Assembly (NCBI GenBank): GCA_047495785.1
Contig: JBLDXI010000046.1
Span: 992,001 to 1,056,000, forward strand
Reading direction: 5' to 3'
DNA length: 64,000 nt
DNA from: Lepidodermella squamata
Lineage: Eukaryota > Animalia > Gastrotricha
Shown here: positions 22,740 to 37,029 of the stretch, in pieces
Layout: each line of letters begins with the position of its first letter
Position numbering within the stretch: the first letter of the stretch is position 1
Position numbers and translations under genes: made by a program
Notes under the pieces: generated by a model
What the model was told of the DNA's origin: nothing
The model's database searches: none
The model's input: only the letters and a program-made list of their open reading frames with translations

Positions 22740-25700
22740 CTATCGATAGCGTGGTTTCAAGGTCCACAGTCCAGCGTTATCCGACGGCCGTTTTGCGAAG
22801 AAGCAAATGCTACGTAGCAGATACCGGAAGACACGGTGCGATTTTTCAGTGTTGAACCGCTTGTCCTTGCTGAAAGCCTGGATTATCTCATCAGTTGTAG
22901 CTTGGCCAGGTCGTGAAGCCTGAAATAAAAAAAATAGTCATAAAATTGTTGAAAAAAGCTTTAACGCAAATTTTCAAAAATTCAAAAAAATCCACCCTAA
23001 AATTTTGAAAATTCTCAAATTTCGATGTTTTGAAAAATTCAACATTTTAATTTCAAAATTTTAAAATTTTAAAAGCTGATCAATATTCAGGGTTGTAAAT
23101 TTTTGAAAAATTCTCAATATTTTCTTAGAAAATTCAGAAATTCAATTTTATAAATTTTTTTGAAAAAATCTTATTTTCAACCTTCGAAAAGCGACGTAAT
23201 ATTTCAAGAAAAATTTCAAATCCATCATTAATCACCAAATAAAAAATGAATAAAAATTACCTGGAAGGAAATGAAAGCTCGAAGATCAGTCAAAATTGCC
23301 TCGGTTTCTTTATCTGCAAAATTTGGCGCGTCATCCGCGCCCTGATTTCCATCTTCATCGTCATCGCCGTTATTATTACTAATATAATTATCATCCTCCA
23401 TCATCGAAGTCGACGGCAAGACAATAGCAGCTTCAGCCGCTCGTTTCCGCAACACATCGACAATATCCTCATCATCGGCGTTATTGCTATCGCCCTCATG
23501 CGAGTAAGAATTCGACCCGAAACCGAACGCGCAAGTCGCCGGCGGGCCTGAATCCGCTTTCTGGCGACTGCTTTTCGGCGGCGCATCCGGCTGTTTCACG
23601 ACCAGGCCAAATTTCGGCCTCTGAACCACCGCCTGGCCAGCTTGCCGCCGAGCCGCATCTTTTTGCGATTTCTTCAACGCTTGAATAGCCGCCTCAGCCA
23701 CGCGATTCGCCTCAGCGTCGATTATCGCCTGATCGGGCCGACACGCAACTAGCGATTCGAAATCGATAGTTTCAGACACCCCGGCGCATTTCAGCAAATT
23801 TTTCAAGACAAATTTTTCCGAATTTTTGTGCGATTCCGCATCGAATTCGCTGGATTTCGACTGTTTTGCCACCTCGAGGCGAACAGCGTTCGGGACTTTA
23901 ACGCCATCGACTATTACTGACTTCTTCTTTTTCTCCGGCGGGCTATTTAAGGCGGATGTTGACGGTTCATTTTTCGCCTTTTCAAGTTTTTGACTCAACC
24001 TTCGAGCTAAATCCATCGCCTTTTTCTTATCAGGGCTGATTTCCGGCCTCGATCTCGCTTCGACCGGTTTCTTCTCGTCCAAATTCGACCCGCCCGTGTA
24101 CGTAAATAGCTCGTGAATGTCGTTAACCTTGAAAAACCGCCGCTGTTTCGGGTCTTTCAACACGCGATTCGTGAGAAATTGTTTAAAAATCTGCCGATGG
24201 TACACCTTTTCTTCAATAGTGCCACTCGTCAACAGCCGGTAAATCACAACATCTCGCGTTTGGCCGATACGCCACGCCCGTTCTCGAGCCTGAGTGTCCG
24301 TAGTTGGGTTCCAATCCGGGTCGAAAATCACAACTCGATTTGCCCCGGTTAGATTGATACCCAGCCCACCGACCCGAGTCGTTAGAAGGAACACAAAAAC
24401 ATTCCGCCGATTATCGTTGAAATCTTTAATCAAGGCCTGGCGTTGATTTATCGGAGTATCGCCATCCATTCGGCAGTAGACATACCCGAGATGGTCGATA
24501 AATTCCTCCAAAATGTCAAGCATAGTTTTCGTTTGGCTGAACAGCAAAACGCGATGGCCCTGTTCTTTCCACGCCTTAAGCAACGACTCAACAACAACCA
24601 TTTTCGCGGAATACTGCCATTTCGCAGCTGAAGCGGCCGGGTTTGTGCCCTTCGACCCGGTCAGGCCTAGATCAGGGTGGTTGCAGATGTGGCGGAGGCG
24701 GACTAGGGCGGAAAATAGCGCGCCTTTATTGCTACTATCCGGCAATTTGTGGCGGGTTGTCGCGCCTCGTTTCGCGGCAGACGGTAAAACAACAGTTTTC
24801 TGCTTATTATCACCATCTATTATATGCTGAGTCTTCGCCTGTTTCAAATAGCCGAGGTACATGCGTTCTTGTTGCTCCGTTAATTTGCAGAACAGCACTT
24901 GCTCGGTTTTTGACGGGAGGGTTAGGGATGATTTCACGTCGGCTTTCGTCCGCCTTAACATGTAAGGATTGATTGTGTCTCGAAGAACAACCGCGCATTT
25001 GTAGGCGGTTTGAAGCTGGACCGGGGTTGCATTTGCATAGCCGCCCTGGACAATAGGCACCGCTAGATGTTCCATAAATTCACGCTGGGTTCCGAGCTGG
25101 AAAAAAATCAGATAAATTTGCGGTAATTTTTAAAAAATTATTGACAAACCTTTCCCGGGTAAACGAAGTCCATCAAGCACCACAGCTCTTTCAAATTGTT
25201 TTGCATCGGCGAGCCACTGACTACGATTCGGTGGCAAGTCGGAAATTGCTTGCATAGCATCGTCACTTTCGCGTCAGGATTGCGAATTTTATGCCCCTCG
25301 TCTAGAATTAAGTAATGCCAATCGACTGATAGCATCGCATCGCCCATCAGCAATAACGTTGCGTACGACGTGATAACAACAGGCGGTGCTTGGTTCGAAT
25401 TTTCAATCACATCCATTAGCAGATCATTCAACGGCTGCGTTGTGGTTCCCGTTGAGTTGTGAAGCACAACTGCGCGGAAAACTGGCGCCCATATGTGAAT
25501 TTCGGCGGCCCATTGACGGAGCAAGGTAGCTGGGCAGACAATTAGAACAGGTCCAATGCCGATATAACGGCGAGTGTTGAAATGCGCAGATCCTGAATCA
25601 GGCCGACGGGAGAGACGAAGCGCGAATAAGAAAGCGCTAATTTCAACCGTTTTACCGAGGCCCATTTCTAGGGAAAAATCATCAATTTCCATGTAATTTT

Positions 25701-26816
25701 GATTAAATTGTAATTACCATCGGCTAGAATTCCGCCATTTCCTTGAACATGAAGTTCGTAAAGCCATCGCACGGCTGTTCGTTGGTAACTATATAACTTC
25801 CGCCACAGTTTAGCCGGGACTTTCAGACCGTCGTCAAAAACGATGATTTCGCTTTTCGATTTTTCGTTGCTAGAACCTTCGTCATCACTAGAGTCTTGAG
25901 CTGACTTTTCGTCCTTCTCCCATTGGCGTAACCGTCGCGAGTACATGTTCATGTTTGCATCGTCGACAAATGGGCCTTCAATTGTTGCTTTTCTTCGCTT
26001 CGGAGTGACCCGTTCACCCTTTCGCTCGAATGGCTCTTCGTCGTCCCCGTCTTCGTACTCAAAATCGAGATCGGCGTCAAAATCATCCGATACTTGTTTA
26101 TGCTTCAACAGTCGATTAACGCTATTCAAATCCGAATGCAGTGTAAGTGGAGCGCTTGAGTTTGAAGACTCTGGCTCGGATGTGGATGGTGTTGATTTGC
26201 GCTGAGCAGCTCTCTCCTTCGCCTTGGCGATTTTGGTAACTCTACGTGTGCCAATACCAGCAAGGAAGTCGTCAAATGAGGTATGCGTTTCAGTTTCTTG
26301 GACAACGGTTGTGCCGAATGGAGTAGCTTTGCCTAGTCTGACGTCTTCATTGCGGGCATCGAGCAAGACAGAAGAAACAGCCGCGACGCTTGTCACTGAT
26401 GCTAGTGATTCGGTCAACAGCTTACGCTTCTTAATTAGTTCGTTAAGTTTATCACCCTTGGCTTTTCTATAATAAAACAAACGAATTAAAAATGAGTGAC
26501 ATTGACCGGTAAATTCATACTTGATTTCATCGTCGATTTCTTTCAACAGCCGACGCTTGGCAGCTATGTTTTCCCGCTGCTCTCGCTCGGCTGCTTCTTC
26601 GACTTGAGCAAGGACGTTGTTTTCAAAGACATTCTGATCGTAAACTTCTTGCACGATCTCGCTAGGTAGCATTTCATGCTTGGCCTGGGGAATAAGAGAA
26701 TGATCAACAGCGAAAACACCAACATCTGATGATGAGGCCGCGTTTCCATTCGGTGAATCTTCATCGGAATGTAACTCCTCTTTGACAGCAATAGCGCTGT
26801 CAGAGGATGAAGCCAT
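22740..26816 (-). CDS. ERCC6: DNA excision repair protein ERCC6/CSB (SNF2 ATPase), multi-exon
   Basis: TPFG motif; LYSYQ; GGILAD/EMGLGKT; [11 protein letters not shown]; [11 protein letters not shown]; [17 protein letters not shown]; [11 protein letters not shown]; QRRFFK. Spliced last exon 22919-22740 encodes the CSB-like C-terminus (FRYLLRSIC...GLWTLK). Confidence 0.93.
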
Positions 26817-28076
26817 TGTAGACAAGGGCTCAAGTAGTAAAAATCATCATGATCTATAATTAAAACGCAGATGGATAAACAACATGCCCTGACGACAATT
26901 CATCGGAAATAAATCATCATTATCTGAGCAGGTATGTGTTAAGTGACAACATGCAGGAAGCGCTTTGTTTAATAAGAGTTGGAAAGATCGAGTTACACCG
27001 GGTAACTTACCGTTAGGTATAAGGAAGGATGTGGGACACTTAAAGAAAATCTAGCACAGTGCAGCAGAGCTACTCAGCAGCTTCAGATGGACGTTCTTTT
27101 CGTCGGCTATCGTCCACGAATGTCGCCGTTAACTAGTTCAAAAAGAGAAATAGCGGCAATTGCGGGGTGAAGGACGCTAAATATATTCAAGTCACTGCAA
27201 TTATCAACGTTTTGACTTAAAAACGAATTTTGGTTGAGCAGCAATATAAAATGTGATTAATTTTCAAAAAGCCGGGAATTTTTTAAATTTGAAAGGTTGC
27301 GCGAATCGACATCGATTTTTCGCTTGTTGAAGTGAGTTTTGTGTGCGATGGGTTTTCTCACATATTACGTCGCCCGCTTTCCCCTCGCGGTATTGAGACG
27401 TGTGGCCAATTTTATCTACGCCACAATGCCACAACTCATTTATACACTCCTTTCGTATATTCACGTCCCACGTCCTCCTTTAGTCTTAAGCGTTAGGCGT
27501 TCAGAACATTCCTACGAGATCAACCTTCTTATCCATGTATGTTTCTCGATTTATGTTCTAGGTTTTGTTATGACGAAATACTTCATTATTCATATCGCTT
27601 ATTCATTTTCTTGATCTTTCTGTCCTGCTTAATTCACCACAGCATTCACTGTATAACTGTATACTACATGTGCAAGATTGTCATAGTTTCAGCTTTTCTA
27701 ATCTATGTGCCGCTAGCAGCAGTAGGAGCTAACTTCTCAATGGTTGATGATATATTTTAATAGGGTTATTTTATTGCGCTTGGTGCTTGGCCAAGCGCTT
27801 TTTCATTCTTTGTTTTGAGTAGAAATAAGAAACACATTTTATCGGATTCAACTTTCAGGACTTCGATGACCCATGTTATTTGCAAGTATTAAAGTAAATG
27901 ACTAAGGCATCGTTCAAGGCCGACTAATTTAGCGAATTATGAAAGCTTCCAGGAGAATTTGCTTTGTCAAACTAACCGTACTGCCCAGGATTATCTGGAC
28001 TTCACGAACGGTTCTTTTTCTAGCACGGATTTTTATTGTAGGTTTTATTGTTGAGGCTTTGAGGATCTCAGTGCCG

Positions 28077-31000
28077 ATGTCCGGCAACGGCGTGGAGCCT
28101 TCATTTCATCTACGCTTTCTCGGCGAGCAAGTTTTACACAGTTCTTACAGCTCGGCTTCCTTCGGATGGTTAGCTCATAAGCTAGCCGCTTTCTCAGAAG
28201 CCGATAATGCTGTAATCGTAAAACTAGAAGAAGAAGGTCTGGTTCTACGAAAACTTGATACGTCAGCTGTGATCACTCGCCTGACTTACGTCTCAAACTG
28301 CCAATGTTTTATACACAATCGAGAACTGGGACTATTTAGTGTCGTGGGAAGTGATGCCGATACCAAAGATCTGAATCGTCTTCTCGTCTTTCGCGCTGCT
28401 TCAATCGATATTGTGAGCTTAATTTATTCTGTTTGACACAACTCATTCCCATTTTGTCGATAGATTAAAGATTTTTCTGCTAATCTACGGAGAGCCGTGC
28501 TTTCTGCCACTTTCCAGCGAACAAACGCTGTTAAATCTATGAAATCAGCGTGTCACGTTGCGAATTTTTTTGAGGTTTTCTATCTCGGCCGGGCGAGATT
28601 TACGAATACGAACAAAACTCTGACACCCGAATTCATCGATAAGGCTGCGAATAAGCTGTGCCATGAAATCGGGGTTCCGAATGCAAAAGCTGGCCTGCCA
28701 TCTGTCGCTGAAATTCCAGCTCGCCAGCGGGCTCACACGATAGCTAACACAACCGCCGACGGGAAAGATCTGCTGTCAGCTAAATGCCTCGGTGTAAGTA
28801 CTTGTTGTTTACATCTCACGCAGTGTATTTCATTTAATTTCGCTCTACAGGCCTCTAACACCAACCGCACCTTGTTGATTCAGCTGACTGAGACGGAGGT
28901 TTTTCTTATATCACCAACATCGAAAACAATTATATTACGGGTGCCTTTCACCGACATAGCCGCTGGTTGTCAGGTTAGTATAAAGTATATATTTTTTTAA
29001 TATCGCAGCAGCTGTGCGCGTTCTTGTCGTAATAATTGCGGCGGGAAAAAACTCATGAGAATTATGACTGATAATTGATAATTATTATTACGAAAAAAAC
29101 AGGGCCTGGAAAATCCGCACTGTTTCGCGTTTCTGACGTCGGCCAACGAGACATTGTCGACTACTGAAAGCAGCAGCAGTAATAATAATAAAAACTGTAA
29201 TAATTCCGATGCTGTCAAGTGTAAAGAGGCTGTTTCGCCCACGCAAAGTTCCGTAAATACGGTTTGGGCCTACATTTTTATGTGTACGGACGAGCACGCG
29301 GCCAGCAATGCCGTACTATCTCTACGGACCGTGATCGCAACTTTTGCGACTAGCAGCAGCAGCGGTAGCACGGACGCAGCCTACGTGCTTAAAGAATCGT
29401 CACTCGTCAATAACACGAAAAATGGAAAAATTACTAGTGATAGTAGCGAAAAATCAGCCTTAATAAACCGCGCTAAGCTGCTGACCTGCGAATCGTGCCC
29501 CGTCCGGCTATTCAACGAAATCTGCTCGGAATTGATTGATCTGCCTGGGACAGACGAAGATCGGCTGCAACTGCTCAGCGACTATCTCAATCAACGTACC
29601 AGTGCGGAAGATGTGGCCTTTGTTAGGCAGTTGCTGCCGAAATCTGCGCCTAGTGCCCATGCGTTGATTTGCGACGTTGTTTTCGCGTTATTCCAACTGG
29701 CTGAGTTCAATCGATCGTCGCATTCGCACGTGTTTGAAAGCGCGGCGGACAAAGCGACTGGGCTTAAATCGACCCCGCTTCATCTCAAACCAGCTGTTGT
29801 AATGGCTTCGAATAACAACAAGTAAGATTTGCAGATAATTATTTCAATAATCGCTCAATTTTCCAGTCATTTTCGCATTATAAAATAGAAAATCATGTCA
29901 GAAATTTGACAGAGCTGAGAAGTTCTAAATTTTGAGAATAACTTTAAAACCACCCAAGAATATCTTAATAATTTAATGAATAAATAGTAAAAAATTCGAG
30001 ACTATTGAATTTTTTCAAAAATGAATATAGCGATGGCATGCTATTTGAATTAGCTAATTTGATTTGTAAAAAGATTTACATCGCAAAGGCGAAATTTTTC
30101 ATCTTCAAATCGCCCCTCTGCCAACATATCTGATTATTACACCCGAGATGTTAGGTATTTTTATTATTTTCTTGTCATTTTCGGGATTTCCATGATTTCA
30201 GGACAGTCCATTTTCTATCCCTTTACCCTTTATCTGGACGAAATAATAATATTTACTAGTTGAGATACGGAGAAAGCAAAACGGGCGTGAAATAAAAAAC
30301 TGATTGACGCGATGATTTCGCAGAAAAATAGCATCAGATTAATCAGTGCGCATTGAAAGCGTAGCGCTAGCATTCTATTGTGCGGTAATTTTTCTTTCTT
30401 TTGTTCAAAGTAATGGATTTTTGCGCGCTGGAAAAAAATCAACGCCATAAAATGGAATATTGCTAGTGGTAGGAAAGCGATCGACTAAGATATAGTCGCC
30501 GCAACAAATCAAGAGAAGGAACATTAAACATCTGAGATGAGAGATTTATTTATTGTATTTCTTTGCATCAGACTAAAATTTTGAAATATTTGGCCGGACC
30601 AAATTTCCCCGTTGAACGAATTTCCGAACTTCACCAAGTGCAAAATAATAAAATTCAAAGTTTGAAAAGGGTGTTACTTACAGCGGAACCAAATTTGACT
30701 GTAGCCGAGCCAAATTTGCCTGTTGGCGGAACCATATTTTGGAATTTTCAATGGGCCTAAAGCCACTTTTAGAGGCTTTCAAGCTTGTCATGATTTATCA
30801 GCATAGTTTGAAATAAATTATCATTAAATTCACCGTAAAATTCTGTAAAAGACGGATGCTTCACTATGGAATTCATTCATTGCCTCAATTTCATAGAATT
30901 ATTCAAAAAGCGACCTTTTGCTTACCTACAATTAGGTTCCGCAAAATGCCGATTTGGTTCCGCTAAAAGATATTCTGTTTTGAAAATAACCTAACTTTCA

Positions 31001-34000
31001 AAATAAAAATTTTGAAATAAATTATGACCGTGTCATTTTCTCGCACGTGGGGCGTCAACTCATCCGCGGACAACTCGTCCGCGACAACTCATCCGCGACA
31101 ACTCGTCCAGCGACAACTCATCCGAAATTAAATAAATATTTAAATAATTATTTTTGGTGACAACTCATCCGGTGACAACTGGTCCGGCCCGGCCAAGTTG
31201 TCGCGGATGAGTTGTCACTAAAATTAAATAATTAATTATTTTTTAAATATTTTAATTCTTGGACAACTCGTCCACGGTCAACTCATCCGAAATTCGAAAT
31301 AGAACATTTGTAGGTAAATTCAGGATGAGTTGTCGCGGATGACTTGTCCGTGGATGAGTTGTCCAAGAATTAAAATATTTAAAAAATAATTAATTATTTA
31401 ATTTTAGTGACAACTCATCCGCGACAACTTGGCCGGGCCGGACCAGTTGTCACCGGATGAGTTGTCACCAAAAATAATTATTTAAATATTTATTTAATTT
31501 CGGATGAGTTGTCGCTGGACGAGTTGTCGCGGATGAGTTGTCACCGGATGACTTGTCGCGGACGAGTTGACATTTCACCTTCTCGCAATATTGAAGAAAA
31601 TCCTATAGAAATGTATTGAATTAGTTGTATTTCTTAACAATAACGGTAAAATTCCTGAAAATTGTGAAAAATGCATTTTTTGCGAATAAATTATTTAAAA
31701 TCAGGGTTTGAATCTGAGGCTGACTCCCAGCGAAAGCCATTGAGCTCAATTCAGTATTTGAAGAGGAAATTTCATTACTTTTTGGAAAGTTTTTAATCGA
31801 AATCAGTTGAAACTACCCTGTTTCCGGTTCACGTGTGTGCAGAATTAAAAATATCAAGATAAAAAATACGAACTTTGCTTTAAATTTGTTTTTTTTTAAT
31901 TAATTTTACAGCGGCAAGCAATTGGAAAAACCGCGAATGCTAACGTCGACTTCGTTTTCCGGCCCGTCATTTGTCGACGTGATCCGCGAGAAGATGAACC
32001 TGAAAACAAAACGCCGCGGTTCGTTGTTCGACACAAAATCCACGTCTGAAAACACGAAAAATGACCTGAATCACACGACAAGCAATTCGCTGCCCGAAAT
32101 CGAGCGATTTTTCGTCGATCTCAAGCAACTTGTCTCAACATCGCTCAACCGACAAAAATCGATTGAAACAACCAGTAATGGCGCTGATATCTTCCGAGAA
32201 TACGTTATTGTATCGGAAAAAGAGGTGGCGAAATTGGACCAAACTCCGAAATCTGCGAAATTACGAGTGCCGGGCAGTGAACCGGCGAATATGCGAGCGA
32301 GACGCTGCACGGTTGATATTACACCTAACCCGAACGGGGCGGCTAGAAACGTGTTTCGAACCCCGCTGGCGAAATTTGAACAATTCCCTAGTACAGCGCC
32401 TGGGTTTAACTCGACTCGGAAAACTCGTCTAGCATCAATTGCTGTGCCGAACACGCCGGAGAGTTCGTTGCAGTTGAGCGCGAGGAGGCGGTCGATTTTT
32501 GAAATGGTCATCTGCCCAGCGACCTGCGCGAGTATCAACGCGATAGCAACAACCCCGGTCGCTAGTAACATCGAGGCGAAAAAGCCGCCGCCGATTATTA
32601 CGGAATTGGGCGAGCCCGAGTCGAAGCAGTTGGACTATGAAGAGCCGTTGGGCGGTTGTTCTGACGAGTGTGCGGTTGAATGGGTTCGGCTGATTGGGCT
32701 CAAACCCGAGGTTACGAAGGAACATGTTGAGAAATTGGAAGGGCTGCTAACGCAGGGTGTTCCGAAGCAGCTGCGAGGCCGCGTTTGGACGTGGCTGGCG
32801 AAGCGCGAGTTGTCGCTCATGTCGAAGCGCAATGACAAGTTGCCGTCGGTTTCGCCGACCGAGTATGCGGAGCTGTTGGCGGGCCTTACGCCGTGTAACC
32901 AGCAGATTTTGATGGATTTAGGCCGCACTTTTCCGAATCATTTGTACTTTGCTCAACACTTTGGATCTGGACAATTGGCGCTTTTCAACATTCTTAAGGT
33001 ATGGTTATTCTTTCATTTTAATCTGTAATAATTTCGAACAGTTTGGGGAGATTTTTCGTATATTAATTTTCTTCGAAAAATCCAATTTGCATTTAGCAAT
33101 TTATTATTATTTTTTGAACTCTGAGTCAACTTTTCTGCAGATAATTTGTCAATATTTCCAGTTTTTATTCAGAAAAAATCCTAATTTTTTTGAATTTTTT
33201 TTTAAATTTGGATGAAATCAGTGTTAGGAATATGAACGTCGTAGACCCTCGTTTTAGCCTTACATTTTTCGATCAAAAGCTCGAGAATCGAAAATTGATA
33301 ACAGCAACGTGAATGAGATACTCCTTCAATCAAATTGGTTCGTTAACCAGTTTCGGGTCCGATTTCAGAATTAAGTTCACGAGATTTTCGAAACCTTTAG
33401 CAATCGCTATCAGCATTCGCAGCAATCGCTGCATTCGCCACCTCAAATTGCTGGCGAAATTTCAAAAGAAGTGACTAAATTTCAAAGTTTTGCGCATTGC
33501 AGGCTTGTCCAAAGAGCGCGAAATTACCAGAATCGGCCGATTTACAGTAATTTAAGGAGGATATAATCACATCAACTTCAGGTTTTGCGAAAATTCGCTG
33601 AATCAAATCAAAATTCCCAGGCTTAGCCGCTGAGTGTTAACAAATATTACGTATTTCGCCACTTCCGGGATTTTCCAGGGTCAAATTGAGTTGAAACTCC
33701 CGTAAGAACTTCGAATTCGGCCCGAAAATTTGCTGGAATTGCGTTAATTTTGTTTGCTTTTGAAATTTTTCGATATTTTGCGCTGGAAGTCCTAAATTGT
33801 AGTTGTTTAATATTTTATTTTATTTGGTATTGTTTATAAAAATGAATCTTTGATAAATTAATCACAGATCATGAAATCCGAAACATTTTTTGAAACAACC
33901 GTCTGGTCAGGCACATTTTTGGAACTCAATTACAACCTGCAATAATTTCTTTTTTGTTGTTAATTTTTTACCGATTTGAGAACTAGTATTTTGTATCAAA

Positions 34001-35422
34001 TTTTTGAATTTCAGGCATACTCGTTATTGGACCCTGAAGTCGGCTATTGCCAGGGCATCAGTTTCGTAGCCGGCGTGTTGCTGATGCACAGCGCAAGTGA
34101 GTACGACGCCTTCAACCTGCTGCTCGCTCTCATGTTCGGCTTCGGCCTGCGCACTGTCTACCTGCCCAACATGGAAGGCCTGCACCGATGCCTGTACCAG
34201 CTCACGCGGCTTCTCGACGCGGAACTGCCCGCTGTTTTCGAACATTTGACAGCGAACGACGTGATGCCGGTATTTTTCGCATCACCCTGGTTCGTCACAC
34301 TGTTCGCATCGCAATTTCCGCTGGGATTCGTCGTTCGTGTTTTTGGTAAATTTTAACCGAAATTTGTGCGGAATTTTAGGGATTTTTCAATAATGAAATT
34401 ATTGAAACTCGAAAAACCATATTTGGGGTAATTCCAGCACTGAAAACCTAAAATTAAGGTGGGCTTTTCAAACAGCATTTCCAATTCCAAAATTTGGACA
34501 TTGAAAATTGAAAATTGAAATTTGGAATAACTTTGAAATTGAATTTGAAATGAAATTTGGAAAATGAAATTGAAATTTTTGTAATTAGAATTCTTTAATA
34601 TAGTTAAAAATAGTATTTTTTTCAGTCGATGATTTAATTTCGCCAGATAGCCTCTTTTAAGCAAAAATACTTTGATTCTTATTATTGCGTCCTTTAATAA
34701 AATTGATTTTTCCTCTCAATTTTATGCGCATTTTATTGCCCCTTTTAAATCTCGCAATTGTTGTTTATTTGCGGCGTCTTATTTTGTCACAGATCTCGTA
34801 TTTTATGGCAACATTGAAATGCTATTTCGCACCATTTTCTCGCTGTTTTCGATAAACGAGCCACTTCTGCTATCGCGAACCGGCGGTTTCGAAGACGTGG
34901 TCGATTTTCTGAAGACAACTTTCACCGAAATGAGCGTCATTCAACTCGAGCGTATCCTCGCTAAAGTAATTTTAGTCCCCAACAAAAAAATTGAGTGCGT
35001 AATTAACTATTTTGTAATTCCAGGTGTTTGCACTCGACTTTTCGGTCGAGTTGCACCGCTACGCAGTCGAGTACGACATTTACCGCGAAGAACATGACAT
35101 ATCCCCGGCGAGGCTGATAGAAAACGTGGCCCTGAATACAATTAGCTCGTCGTCAGCCTCCGAGACGCTGTCAGAGGGCGGCGCCTCGTCGTCGGGCCAG
35201 CTTAACGCTGTTGATTCATGCGTTGAATCAACGCAGCGTGAACTCGCGCAGGCGAAGCATAAAATTGTCGAGTTGCGCGCGGAAAGGTCGGAACTTGTGG
35301 CGAAAATCGAGGAGATGCGCAGCCGCATTGTGACGCACGAGGGCGAAATTATGCGCCTCGAGTCGATGAACGAGAGTTTACGCGCCGAAAACGCGTTTCT
35401 GCGCGCTAGTAAACAGCAATAA
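28077..35422 (+). CDS. TBC1D1/TBC1D4 (AS160/pollux)-like PTB-domain Rab-GAP, ~8 coding exons
   Basis: PTB-like segments (FHLRFLG; FEVFYLGR; HCFAF..AYIFMC); CESCP; GVPKQLRGRVW; ILMDLGRTFP (Arg finger); GYCQG (Gln finger); ASPWFVTLFASQFPLGFV; C-terminal coiled coil. The start codon is approximate. Confidence 0.85.
31046..31579. mobile_element. Foldback non-autonomous DNA transposon with nested palindromes and an 8-bp target-site duplication
   Basis: Arms of gacaactcatccg repeats mirrored by cggatgagttgtc; TTCTCGCA at 31038-31045 and 31580-31587. Confidence 0.85.
33225..33735 (-). pseudogene. Decayed fragment of the RING-ankyrin paralog at 55302-56995, inside a TBC gene intron
   Basis: Collinear DNA similarity to ~55590-56070 (e.g. 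tttttcgatcaaaagct.gagaatcg; gttttgcgcattgcaggc; ggattttccagggtc) with indels and no open frame. Confidence 0.8.
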
Positions 35423-35837
35423 TAATTTTATCAAGCAATCAATTTTGTAGAATCTTCCCACTTTTTCGGCCTTGTGGATTTTATTAGCGCCGCAGCTGAT
35501 CATCGGTCTAATGCGCATATTATACAGATTTTATCATGATAATGTGCCTTCCGTTATACATATAATGCATTTTGAAAAATCGTTTTTCATCGCTATTATT
35601 ACGGCAATAAATTACGTCTCGCTCTTCATATTTCACAGCAATTTTTGGAAAAATATTACAATAATGATTGAGGTGGATCTCAAAAATCAAAACTGTCGGG
35701 TTTTTTTTCAATTTTCATCGCTATATCAAGTGAAGCAGTGAAAATATCACAACATCCAGTCAATCCATAGATTTTAGCTATCTCGCTGAAAAAATGCATC
35801 GTGTTTTCAGGAATTCATCGCAGCATATGCCGTATTT

Positions 35838-36527
35838 TCATGCCGTAAAATTGCCCTCGCCGTTGACAGTTTTCTGTGGCACTTTAGGTGCAAAAATTTG
35901 ACTTGATTGATTCGAAAATTCTCGATGTATCTATACAGCAGCTACACGCGCACGGGTTCGGTTTCTTTGTTTCATCCAGGGGCCAATGTAACAGAAAAAA
36001 CACACGAGTAAAAGCAGTCCAAAACACCCTAGAACAATTGAAGCGACCGTGACAGCTAATCCGAGAGTTGAGTATTTTGCACGCAGTGTATCCACGAATA
36101 CTTCGGCTGATTCGAAACAAGATAAAATTGAATCAGTTTCGCGAGCTACTGATATCTAGAACAGTCACATGTGTCAAAATTTTCGCATTATTTCAAATTT
36201 TACCACAAATGGACCGCTAAACGTAGTCGTCAGTTCGAATATTGAAGCAGATGCCTTAGTATTGAACCGGTCTCCCCAAATTTTGACACCTCCTCTGATA
36301 TGATAAGTTGTGTAACTTATGAAGTAAAATGTTGATGAATTATCGAGAGCAGGTGGCGAATAATCTTCCCACGAGCAGCGAATGAAGGCCTCGTTGTAGC
36401 CATTCGTTCTCGTCGAGCATGTCGCATTGTAAACCGCTGGTTGACATGCATGTGTGACGGAAGCTGAGGCTTCCGGTGATAATGTGCCGACAATAAAAAA
36501 GAATGAAAATAGGAGGAATTGGGTCAT
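35838..36527 (-). pseudogene. FN3-like single-pass membrane protein, copy A (frameshifted cytoplasmic tail)
   Basis: CQPAVY...IRCSWEDYSPP...FYFISY. Exon 2 has the TM; the DTSRI..IKS and VNGEG.FTA tail motifs fall in shifted frames. Confidence 0.6.
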
Positions 36528-37029
36528 TATTTGTTCAATGTTATTGCATTGATCTGCTGAAGAAACGGAAGTGTCGACAAATTGACAAAAAATTATCTGT
36601 TTATCAGCTGCTTATGATTTATTTTACGTCGGTTATCCTAAACAACTTTAAACACGGCAATCATGGAATTAATCATTTAATCATGATTATAAGGGAGGTT
36701 CAGTGTTCTGTACGATTATGATTCATTATTCATTTGTTCATGATTCACATGAATTATTCATTTGTCAAGAGCCTGACTTGAGACTTGGGCGACGTTTGCT
36801 TCATTCATTTAAAATAACCAGAATGATGGAAATGACACAAGGAATATCTTCAAAAATGCCGAAAATCGCAAAAAATCAAGGCGTAATCACGATTTCAATA
36901 CAACAAATATGACAATGCTCGATCACCTCGATCACCTCGAGTTCCTGACACCTTGGCTGCATGCAGAATGCTTCATGTTCAGATGTTCTCAGCAACTTAA
37001 TTTCGCCAAAATCTGGAAACCCCGTAAAT

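Noticed and set aside
22740-26816. Possible CSB-piggyBac (PGBD3-like) fusion, since piggyBac-like ends occur in the window
   Set aside because: The ERCC6 introns are short AT-rich sequence with no transposase ORF, and the TTAA MITE is 28 kb away.
31055-31571. Short repeated units resembling a CRISPR array
   Set aside because: The units are inverted, irregularly spaced and lack unique spacers; the context is eukaryotic with no cas genes.
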